NCBI GenBank assembly: GCA_031409655.1
Contig: JANNXQ010000219.1
Coordinates: 1-18,570, forward strand
Reading direction: 5' to 3'
DNA from: Chthoniobacteraceae bacterium
Lineage (GTDB): Bacteria; Verrucomicrobiota; Verrucomicrobiia; Chthoniobacterales; Chthoniobacteraceae
Length of the DNA stretch: 18,570 nt
In this document: piece by piece, positions 8,390 to 16,099 of the stretch
Layout of the letters: every line of letters begins with the position of its first letter
Numbering within the stretch: the first letter of the stretch is position 1
The notes under the pieces: model-generated
What the model was told of the DNA's origin: nothing
The model's input: only the letters and a program-made list of their open reading frames with translations
Database searches by the model: none
Translations under genes and position numbers: made by a program

Positions 8390-8635
8390 ATGTCTGAAAA
8401 ATCGATCGAAGAGAAAGTCAAAGACATCATTGTCGAACAGCTCGGCGTGAATCCCGAACAAGTCACCGCGACCGCGTCCTTCATCGAAGACCTCGGTGCC
8501 GACTCGCTGGACACCGTCGAACTCGTCATGGCCTTCGAAGAGGAGTTTTCTGTCGAAGTTCCGGACGAAGACGCAGAGAAGCTTTTGACCGTCGGCGATG
8601 TCGTGAAGTACATCGAAGACAAGGCCGCGAAGTAA
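8390..8635 (+). CDS. acpP: Acyl carrier protein
   Basis: [15 protein letters not shown]...[20 protein letters not shown], with the canonical phosphopantetheine Ser motif. Confidence 0.99.
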   Translation: MSEKSIEEKVKDIIVEQLGVNPEQVTATASFIEDLGADSLDTVELVMAFEEEFSVEVPDEDAEKLLTVGDVVKYIEDKAAK

Positions 8636-8659
8636 GCGCTCCGGCAGCATCACTTTCAG

Positions 8660-8689
8660 AAAGGCACGGCCCCGCGCCGTGCCTTTTTT
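8660..8689 (+). terminator. Rho-independent terminator after acpP
   Basis: AAGGCACGGC-CCCGC-GCCGTGCCTT 10-bp stem followed by a T-tract. Confidence 0.85.
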
Positions 8690-8744
8690 GTGCCTTGGAA
8701 ACGCGCGCAACTTCCGCGCACCGCCAGCGTTCATCCCGACCACA

Positions 8745-9185
8745 ATGAAATCGCTCCTCACCTTCCTCGTCCTCACCACGACCGGCCTGATCGCGCTCCC
8801 CACCGCGCTCCGTGCCGAAGAGTCCAAACCCGCTGCCGGCGCCGACGCGAAACCCGGACGGCGCGCCGGTGCCGAAGGGCGCCCGATGCTCGACCCCGCA
8901 GCTCGCCTGAAGATGATGACGGAGAAGCTCTCCCTCACGCCCGAGCAGCAGGAGAAGGTGAAAGCGATTTACGCCAAGAACGCCGATAAACTGAAAGAGA
9001 TGCGGGGCGATAAGTCGCTGGCGGAGGACGCGAAACGGCAGAAATTCATGGAAATGCGGAAATCGGAATTGCAGGAGATTTCGGCCATCCTGACACCCGA
9101 ACAGCAAGAGAAGATGAAGGAGGTGGCAAAGGAAATGCGCGAGCGCGCGGGCGGTGCGCGAGGCGAGCGCAAGGCGGCCAAGTAG
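8745..9185 (+). CDS. Spy/CpxP-like periplasmic protein (LTXXQ motif)
   Basis: Signal peptide MKSLLTFLVLTTTGLIALPTALRA; two LTPEQQEK motifs; helical and K/E/M-rich. Confidence 0.85.
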   Translation: MKSLLTFLVLTTTGLIALPTALRAEESKPAAGADAKPGRRAGAEGRPMLDPAARLKMMTEKLSLTPEQQEKVKAIYAKNADKLKEMRGDKSLAEDAKRQKFMEMRKSELQEISAILTPEQQEKMKEVAKEMRERAGGARGERKAAK

Positions 9186-9193
9186 CGCCCCTT

Positions 9194-10465
9194 TCAGCGT
9201 GCACCAGCGCCGTCGGCCTTCCGAATCTCGCCGAGTTCAATCGCGACCCGGGCTGCTACCTCGGACTCCGGTGCCTGCTTGAGCGCGGATTCAAAGTGCT
9301 TTTCTGCACCGGCGCGGTCGCCGCTTCGTTGGGCGATCATCCCTGCGTGGCAGAGAGTCACGGGGTCTCGGTAACCGGTCGCCAGGAGTTTCGTCATCTG
9401 GTCGCGGGCGTCGTCGAGTTTGCCTGCGCCCGATAGCGCCCAAGCATAGGCGTGCCGGGTGAAGATGTCCTGACGCCGCCCAAATTCGAGCGCGGCAAAG
9501 CGCAGCGCCTCCGCTGGGTTGGCGGCGTAGTCCGCGTAGTAGAAGGCCAGTTCTCGGTTGGCGTTATCGGCCGCCATGGCGACGCGGATCGCGTGCTTCT
9601 CGAAATCGGCAAAGACCTGCCCGGCCTCGTCGGTTTGGCCAGCGCGGGCTAGCGCCTTGCCGAACACAAAGAGATTCTCGGGATGCTCCGCGCCCTCGCA
9701 AAATTTGCGGGCGACGGCAACCGCTTCATCGAAGCGACCGCGGGCCGTGTGGACTTTCACGAGATTCGCCAACGCGTAGTGGTAGCCTGGGAAAAGTTGC
9801 AGGGCGTCGGTGAGCGCACGCTCCGCGACGTCGGGTGCTCCGCGGAGTAGTTCGAGATGCGCAAACTGGCAGAGGATCCACGCGCGGTCCTCGACTTCGG
9901 CGGGTGCGGTCTTCGTGTAGGCGGATTGCATGAAGTCGATCGCACCTTGGATGTCGCCGAAGAGTTCGCGCAGATAAGCTGCACGGGTGAGTGCGGCGAC
10001 ATCGCCGGGGCGCAGGTCCAGCGCCCACTGCGCCGCTTTCTCGGCTTCCTCATATTCGCCCATCTCGATGCAGGCATCGGTGAGCAGGGCATAGACGAAG
10101 ATATCGTCTGGCGAACGTTTGTTGAGGACGCGCGCCTGCTCAAGGGCGCAGGCGAATTTGTGCCGCCCGAGCAAGGTCCACGTCTCGATCTTTCGCGCCT
10201 CAAAGTTATCCGGTGCGAGCCGCAGCGAATCTTGCACGGCGGCATCCGCCTGCTCGTACCAATCGTGGTTCGAGGTCTCGCGCCCACGCCGCGTCAGGGC
10301 CAGCGCGAGGGCATTGTGCGCGTCGGCGTTCTTGGGATTTGCGGTGATGGCAGAGCGGGCCTGCTCGATCCGCGCTTCCGCGGGCGTCGGCGATTTCGCG
10401 TTTGCCGGAGAGAGCGCAGATGCGGTGAGGAGGAGCGTAGTGGCGAAGAGCGGAAGCGGTTTCAT
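9194..10465 (-). CDS. Secreted tetratricopeptide repeat protein
   Basis: ATG 10465 gives signal peptide MKPLPLFATTLLLTASALSPANA; multiple TPR units (ALDLRPGD, ALQLFPGY, ALKQAPES); DIFTRHAYAWAL motif typical of the TPR partner of DUF4331. Confidence 0.88.
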   Translation of the reverse strand: MKPLPLFATTLLLTASALSPANAKSPTPAEARIEQARSAITANPKNADAHNALALALTRRGRETSNHDWYEQADAAVQDSLRLAPDNFEARKIETWTLLGRHKFACALEQARVLNKRSPDDIFVYALLTDACIEMGEYEEAEKAAQWALDLRPGDVAALTRAAYLRELFGDIQGAIDFMQSAYTKTAPAEVEDRAWILCQFAHLELLRGAPDVAERALTDALQLFPGYHYALANLVKVHTARGRFDEAVAVARKFCEGAEHPENLFVFGKALARAGQTDEAGQVFADFEKHAIRVAMAADNANRELAFYYADYAANPAEALRFAALEFGRRQDIFTRHAYAWALSGAGKLDDARDQMTKLLATGYRDPVTLCHAGMIAQRSGDRAGAEKHFESALKQAPESEVAARVAIELGEIRKADGAGAR

Positions 10466-10490
10466 CGGATGCTGTGGAAGAAGAAGGCTG

Positions 10491-10593
10491 GTGGGACGCG
10501 CTCCGTCGTGTCCTGAATCAAAAAATGGGCGAAGGCGGTGCTGGTTGCGCCGCCTTCGCCCGGAACTCTGAGACATGTCGGAGCATGTCCCGC
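10491..10593. repeat. Degenerate REPIN-like inverted doublet enclosing a strong hairpin
   Basis: GTGGGACGCGCTCCGTCGTGTC (10491-10512) vs GACATGTCGGAGCATGTCCCGC (10572-10593): 17/22 inverted match. Confidence 0.55.
10520..10561 (-). terminator. Rho-independent terminator-like hairpin between the DUF4331 and TPR genes
   Basis: On the minus strand: GGGCGAAGGCGG...CCGCCTTCGCCC (perfect 12-bp stem) followed by ATTTTTT. Confidence 0.75.
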
Positions 10594-10603
10594 GACATCT
10601 GTT

Positions 10604-12130
10604 TTACTGAGGACCACCGCCGGGCTCGCCGGGATCAAGATGACGCCGATCGCGACCGCTCGGGCAATTGCCGAGATACGGGAAGGTCGTCCGGTATGCG
10701 GTGTCGTTCACATTCACGCCGTCGCCGAGCTGATTGTTCGGCGCGATGTTGAAGGACGGATTCAGCACGCCGACCACGGCGCGCAGGGAGATGTCGGTCA
10801 CGTCGTCAAAGACGCGGCGACCATTCGGATATCCGGCGGCATCGCCTGCGAGCAGGCCGAGGCGGCTGGCACTGGCGACCGGTGTGGGCGCGACTCCCGT
10901 ATTCAGCCGGAGCAAGTCCGCGACCGGACCACCGGGTGTGCCGGGGGCCGCGATCGGTGGGGCGTAGGTCACGAGCGGGAGCAGATCCGTGCGTGGCGGA
11001 GTGGGGATCGAGACGGCACCGGCAAAGGCGGCGTTGATGACTCGCGCGAGCAGCGGATCGAGGAAGAAGTTTGCAAACTGCGAGTCGTTCTTCGGCTCAT
11101 CCATGCTGAAGCGATCCTTCGATCCAGTGCCGACGAGTAACTCGTTGATGAGCGCATTCCCCATCCGCTGCACCTGCCGGAAGGCGCCCGATCCCTGCGC
11201 GGGGAAGGGCGACTGCCGCACCGTCACGCGCGGGCGGGAGGTGGTACACCAGATCCCGATCGTCGCCGCCGTGGAGGTCGCCGCTTCCACCGCACCGGTG
11301 CGCGTGAGCAGGCTCACCGGCACTTCGAGGGCGATCGAATTCACCGCGTAACCCGACACCGTATCGGTGGCGAAATTCGTCAGCGCCGCATCTTGCGCTG
11401 CCGAAAGCACCGGCGAGATGTGCGTATTCAGCGTGTCAAAGGCGCCGCCGAGATCGATCCAGAAGGCATCATCGGTCGTGCCCGCAAAAACCTTCACGTT
11501 TGGCGTCGCCGTCGTGTAAGTGCCCTCGGTGAAAAGTGCGCCGTAATCCATCGTGCGCGGCCCGACATTCGCGGGCACCGCATAGAAGGGCGCACCGCCG
11601 GGGTTCGTGATCGGGGTCGAGGCAAAGCCCTTCACCATTGTCACGGTGTAGCGCTGCCGCTGGCCGAGGCCGGGCGAAGCGAAGGACGTGATCTGCGGCG
11701 GCACGATCGGTGTGCCCGGAGCGACCGGTGCCGGCGAATTCGCCGGCGCATTGATCCCAGCGCCTGCGCCGACGTAGGCCTGAAAGACTCCCGGCAAACG
11801 CGTCTCAGTGTTGAAGCGAAACTGGAACGTCACGTCCGCGACGGCGTCGTGGTTATTGTCCACCTTGATCTCGTAGAGGATCTCTGGATCAAAGGGGAAC
11901 CAGTTCGGCCCATTCGCCGGCTCGAGCAGCGGATCGACGCCGAGGATCAAAGTCACGCGCGGCGTCGCGCCGCCATCGTAACTGCGAAAGGCATACACGT
12001 CGGTGATGTCGGCTTTGTGATCGAGCGCCGTGATCGGCGCTTCGCGGTGGTTGGCCGCACGCGCGACTTGCGGTGCGGTAGTACTGATGGAGGCCGCGAC
12101 GAGGGCGGCGATGGTGACTGGGGTACGCAT
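10604..12130 (-). CDS. DUF4331 domain secreted protein
   Basis: Signal peptide then ANHREAP...DITDVYAF, YEIKVDNN, DDAFWIDL, QVQRMGNALINE, GYPNGRRVFDDVTDI, TFPYL, all hallmark DUF4331 motifs. Confidence 0.92.
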   Translation of the reverse strand: MRTPVTIAALVAASISTTAPQVARAANHREAPITALDHKADITDVYAFRSYDGGATPRVTLILGVDPLLEPANGPNWFPFDPEILYEIKVDNNHDAVADVTFQFRFNTETRLPGVFQAYVGAGAGINAPANSPAPVAPGTPIVPPQITSFASPGLGQRQRYTVTMVKGFASTPITNPGGAPFYAVPANVGPRTMDYGALFTEGTYTTATPNVKVFAGTTDDAFWIDLGGAFDTLNTHISPVLSAAQDAALTNFATDTVSGYAVNSIALEVPVSLLTRTGAVEAATSTAATIGIWCTTSRPRVTVRQSPFPAQGSGAFRQVQRMGNALINELLVGTGSKDRFSMDEPKNDSQFANFFLDPLLARVINAAFAGAVSIPTPPRTDLLPLVTYAPPIAAPGTPGGPVADLLRLNTGVAPTPVASASRLGLLAGDAAGYPNGRRVFDDVTDISLRAVVGVLNPSFNIAPNNQLGDGVNVNDTAYRTTFPYLGNCPSGRDRRHLDPGEPGGGPQ

Positions 12131-12171
12131 AGGTGGAGTTTGGTTTGGAGAGTTCGGAGAATGCGGAAGGT

Positions 12172-12819
12172 TCAAGCGCGTCGGCGGAGGCGGCGCGTCG
12201 CGCACATCGCCAGCGTGACGAGGCCATAGAGCGCGGTGCTGGGTTCAGGCACGGCCTGGAAGCTGTTCGTCACCGAGCGCGCGCTGCCCTGCCCGGCAAA
12301 GCCGCCATCGATGACGAGGTCCGTCTGCGCGAAGATCTGCGATACGGACGGGAAGCTCGTCTCCTCGGAAAAAGTGGAGAAGCCCGAGGTCGCGACCGCG
12401 ATGAGCGTCGCGGGTTGCGGCGCCGGACCCATGAGGTCGAGCGTCGCGGTGACGGCTGCATCGCCCGTGGCTGCGGCCATGTCGAAGGCCACCTCCGCGC
12501 CGACGATCGAGATGTCCTGCACTTTGTAAGAAAGCTTGAGCTCAAAGATTTCTCCCGCCAGCGCTGTCTGCTGGACGATGAACTCGAGCGCTGGAGCGCC
12601 GAAGATGTTGATCGGGTTCACGAGGATGCTCGTCGGGATCTGCGTCGCGCCGGTCTGGAGCGCATCGAGCGTGAAGTTGGAAAAAGTCGTCGAGCCAATG
12701 GTCACCCCATCGGGTCCGAGCGCGAGATAACTGGCGAGCGTGCCGGGCACCGCGGGTGTGGTGAGTGCGGACGCCGTGGTGCAGAGGGCGATCAAGGTTG
12801 CGAGAGTGGTGGTCTTCAT
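12172..12819 (-). CDS. PEP-CTERM sorting domain protein
   Basis: Signal peptide MKTTTLATLIALC...; C-terminus VPEPSTALYGLVTLAMCATRRLRRRA (PEP + TM + basic tail). Confidence 0.92.
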   Translation of the reverse strand: MKTTTLATLIALCTTASALTTPAVPGTLASYLALGPDGVTIGSTTFSNFTLDALQTGATQIPTSILVNPINIFGAPALEFIVQQTALAGEIFELKLSYKVQDISIVGAEVAFDMAAATGDAAVTATLDLMGPAPQPATLIAVATSGFSTFSEETSFPSVSQIFAQTDLVIDGGFAGQGSARSVTNSFQAVPEPSTALYGLVTLAMCATRRLRRRA

Positions 12820-12876
12820 GGAGGTGCGGATGCGGACGGGGCGGTGGTTAGTGGTGGGAGGGTGTTGGCGTCGGTC

Positions 12877-12905
12877 ATGCGCGCGCCGCCCCGGCCTTGG
12901 ATGCA
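12877..12905 (-). promoter_or_regulatory. Putative ECF sigma promoter for the PEP-CTERM/DUF4331/TPR cluster
   Basis: Minus strand TGCATCCAA-ggccggggcggcgcg-CGCAT, ending 58 bp upstream of ATG 12819. Confidence 0.7.
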
Positions 12906-12971
12906 GAAAATTCAAGCCACCGTTTTGCGCGTTCGATTTCGCGCGCCCGACGAGCGTCGGGGAAAAAAGAA

Positions 12972-13000
12972 TGCATCCAAAGAGGCCTCGACCGGCGCAT
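12972..13000 (+). promoter_or_regulatory. Putative autoregulatory ECF sigma promoter
   Basis: Plus strand TGCATCCAA-agaggcctcgaccgg-CGCAT, same boxes and spacing as the divergent copy. Confidence 0.7.
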
Positions 13001-13081
13001 CACGGGAATAACCTCAATCCTCCGTGCGTCCCTTGGCATGACCTCAAAAGCTCGCGCAATCCCCAAGCTTCACCGCACCGC

Positions 13082-13648
13082 ATGACGACCGGTGTCGCGC
13101 CCTCTTTGGAGGAGGCCACCTGGCTTTCGCGGATTGCGCAAGGCGACGAATTGGCGTTCGTGCAGTTCTATCGGCGGTATTCGGCCCCAATTTTTTCCAT
13201 GCTCTCCAAGATGCTCGGCAATCCGCACGACGCGGAGGAAGTGCTCCAGTCATGCTTCCTGCAGGTCTGGCATAAGGCCGCGACCTTCGATGCCTCGCGC
13301 AGTGCGCCCTTCACCTGGCTGGTTATGATCGCCCGCAATCGCGCGCTCGATCGGCTGCGCGCGCGGCAGCGCCAGACCCGCCTGGAGGAATGTGCCGCGC
13401 AAGATCCGGAGGCCTTCACCAGCGCGCCCGACGCCGTGCCGGGGGCGCAGGGAGACACGCGGTCGCTCCTCGAGGGAGCCCTGGTGAAGATCCCGGGCGA
13501 TCAGCGCCAGGCGATCGAGATGGCTTTTTTCCACGGCCTCACCCACGACGAGATCTCCGCCCGACTCGGTGAGCCACTCGGGACTGTCAAAGCGCGCATC
13601 CGCCGAGGGATGCTGCGCCTTCGTGATCTGATCATCCACCGCGTATGA
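13082..13648 (+). CDS. ECF RNA polymerase sigma-70 factor (SigK-like)
   Basis: DAEEVLQSCFLQVW...FDASR, TWLVMIARNRALDRLR (region 2); AFFHGLTHDEISARLGEPLGTVKARIRRG (region 4). Start taken at ATG 13082. Confidence 0.95.
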   Translation: MTTGVAPSLEEATWLSRIAQGDELAFVQFYRRYSAPIFSMLSKMLGNPHDAEEVLQSCFLQVWHKAATFDASRSAPFTWLVMIARNRALDRLRARQRQTRLEECAAQDPEAFTSAPDAVPGAQGDTRSLLEGALVKIPGDQRQAIEMAFFHGLTHDEISARLGEPLGTVKARIRRGMLRLRDLIIHRV

Positions 13649-14550
13649 ACGACGAACGTGACGAGGAACTCGCAGCGCTCTACGCGCTCGGCGCCCTGCC
13701 GGAAGCGGAGGCGCGCGCCTTTGCGAATGTCCTGGCGCGCGATCCGGAATTGCAGGCGCTGGTGTGCGAGCTGCAAGCCGCCGCCGCGGCGCTCGCGCAC
13801 TCGGCTCCACCAGTCGAAGCGCCCGCGCATCTCGAAGCGCAACTCCTCGCGCGCATCCGCGCCGAGCGTCCCGCAGCCATGCCGGTGCGCCGCGATCGAC
13901 GCTGGCTCGCGTGGGCCGCGCTGGCCGCCGCGCTGGGCGTCGTGACCTCGCTGCTCACCGTGGAGCGGCGCAAGCTGACCACCGAAGTGATCGCGTTGCG
14001 CGAGAAAGATGAGGCCGCCGCGCGGCTCGGCCTCGAGCGCGCGCGGCTCGCCCAGGAAATCGAAGTGCTGCGGGAACGCGAAGCGCAAGCCACCGCTCAG
14101 GCCGCGCAATCCACCTCCGAGCGCACCGCGCTGAAAAGCGAAGTCACCCGACTGACCACCGAGCGCACCCGGCTGGAGGCAGAGATGGCCACCTTGCAAA
14201 AGAAGGACCACCTCGCCTCGCTGCAGATCCGCACGCTCAACGCCCAACTCGCCGAGACCCGCAAGTCCCTCGCGGCAGTCGTCTGGAGCGAGGAGCAGCA
14301 GCGCGGCGTCTTGGCAATCGATGGCCTCAAGCCCCCGGGACCGAAGGAGGACTATCAGCTCTGGGTCATCAACGCCCTGACCCCTGCGCCAGTCAGTGCC
14401 GGACTCATCCCGGTGAATGACCAGGGCCGGGCCCGCTACGAATTCAGAGCCGGCGCGCCGATCGAAGCGGGAGACAAGTTTGCCATCAGCCGCGAGAAAA
14501 AGGGCGGCGGCACGAAGCCGGAAGGCCCGATCATCTTCATCAGCCCGTAG
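13645..14550 (+). CDS. Anti-sigma factor, RskA-like, with long coiled-coil spacer
   Basis: ATGA overlap with the sigma gene; N-terminal EELAALYALGAL, one TM (WLAWAALAAALGVV), C-terminal YQLWVI...PVSAG...FAISREKKGG...PEGP. Confidence 0.92.
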   Translation: MNDERDEELAALYALGALPEAEARAFANVLARDPELQALVCELQAAAAALAHSAPPVEAPAHLEAQLLARIRAERPAAMPVRRDRRWLAWAALAAALGVVTSLLTVERRKLTTEVIALREKDEAAARLGLERARLAQEIEVLREREAQATAQAAQSTSERTALKSEVTRLTTERTRLEAEMATLQKKDHLASLQIRTLNAQLAETRKSLAAVVWSEEQQRGVLAIDGLKPPGPKEDYQLWVINALTPAPVSAGLIPVNDQGRARYEFRAGAPIEAGDKFAISREKKGGGTKPEGPIIFISP

Positions 14551-14583
14551 GTCCCACTGCTTCTCGTTCTTCGAGAGATCGAG

Positions 14584-14605
14584 GTGGCGGAGGATTCATC
14601 CGCCG
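14584..14605. repeat. REP-like hairpin between convergent genes
   Basis: GTGGCGGAGGATTCATCCGCCG; stem GGCGGA/TCCGCC. Confidence 0.4.
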
Positions 14606-14638
14606 GGAGAGTCGAGTCCCTCAGTCGCTGCCGACCCA

Positions 14639-16099
14639 CTACGGAAAGATTGAGCGATAGAAACGCACGAGCGTTCCCGGGGGCGGGATGTCCACGATGC
14701 TGTAACGGCCATTGGCGTCGGCAGTGCGGGTGCCGAGGGATTGCCACGAGATGGGCGATGGCACGAGCGCGGACGTGAACTGGATGGTGTAGGTCTGGCC
14801 GGGGTTGCCGAGGAAGCTGATCCGATAGCCGCCGCCGGGTTCGGGGGCGATGCTGGTCCCATTCTGCGCGGCGAGCGGATCGGGATTCACGGTTACCGCG
14901 AGGTTGAAAACGTTACTGTTTGCCGCGCCGTCGTTCACCTGTGCGGGCACGCTGAGGGTGCCGAAGAAATTGGGCGCGGGGGTGATGGTGTTGCCGACCC
15001 GGCTGTAGTTCGTGCCGTTCTGCACGCTGAGGGTGAAGCCCGACGGATAGGTGTTATCCACATCGGTGACGGTCAGGTCCGAGAGCGCGATCGAGCGGGC
15101 GGTGTTGAACGCGGTGGAGATCGCGGTCTGGCCGGTGATGACGGGCGCATCGTTCACGGGCGTCACACTCACGCTCAGATTGAACGAGGCGCTCACACCG
15201 GCGGCTGGGTCCGTCACGGTGACGGGCACGGTCAGCGTGCCGTTGAAGTTCAGCACGGGCGTGATGGTGTTTCCGCTGCGCGTGTAGTTCGTGCCGTTGG
15301 CAACGGTCAGCGTGAAGCCGGCGGGATAACCTGCGTTGTCCACGTCCGTCACGATGAGGTCGGCAAGGGCGATCGCGCGCGCGGATTCCTCGGGCGTGGT
15401 GACGGCGTTCTGGCCGGCGATCTGCGGTGCGTCGTTCACGGCGTTGACCGTGATGGTGAAAGTCTGAGGGTCCGATGTGTCGATGCCGCCGAGTGCGGCG
15501 CCGCTGTTGTCCTGCACGCGCACCTGGAAGGTCGAAGTGCCATTCGCGTTCGCCGCGGGCGTGTAGGTGAGCGTGCCGTTGGTGGCTATGCTCGGGCCAG
15601 CGGAGAAGAGCGCGGCGTTGCTCACGCTGCTCACGGCGTAGGCGAGCACGGCCTGTCCCGATTCGTTCGCCGCGCCAGCATTGAAGGTGGCCCATCCGAC
15701 GAGGGTCTGCGCGCCGGCGTCTTCGCTGACGGCAGGGGGGTTGGCAGCGGTGAAGGTCGGCTTATCATTCACCGCGTTGACCGTGAGGTTCACCGTCGCA
15801 TTCGCGAGCGCGAAGAGCACGCCGTCCGAGCCGTTCCAGCCGAAGCTGTCCGCCCCATTGTAGTTGGCGTTCGACGTGTATGTGAGATTGCCGATGCTTC
15901 CGATCGCGATGTCCTGCGGCACCGCGAAGGTGTTTCCGCTGATTCGCAGCACACCGTTTGCCGGCAGCGAAGTGACACGCACGCTTGTAAGCGCGGCGCC
16001 CTCCGGATCAATGTAGCTGCCGGGGGTGAAATCGGCGGCGGCAAAGGCGATGGCGACATCTTCATTCGCGCCCTTGCTCACATTGCTCACGGTGGGCGG
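14639..16099 (-). repeat. Copy 2 of the ~1.46 kb paralogous segment
   Basis: Colinear with 1148..2614 on the opposite strand, including near-identical DNA at the 3' ends. Confidence 0.95.
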
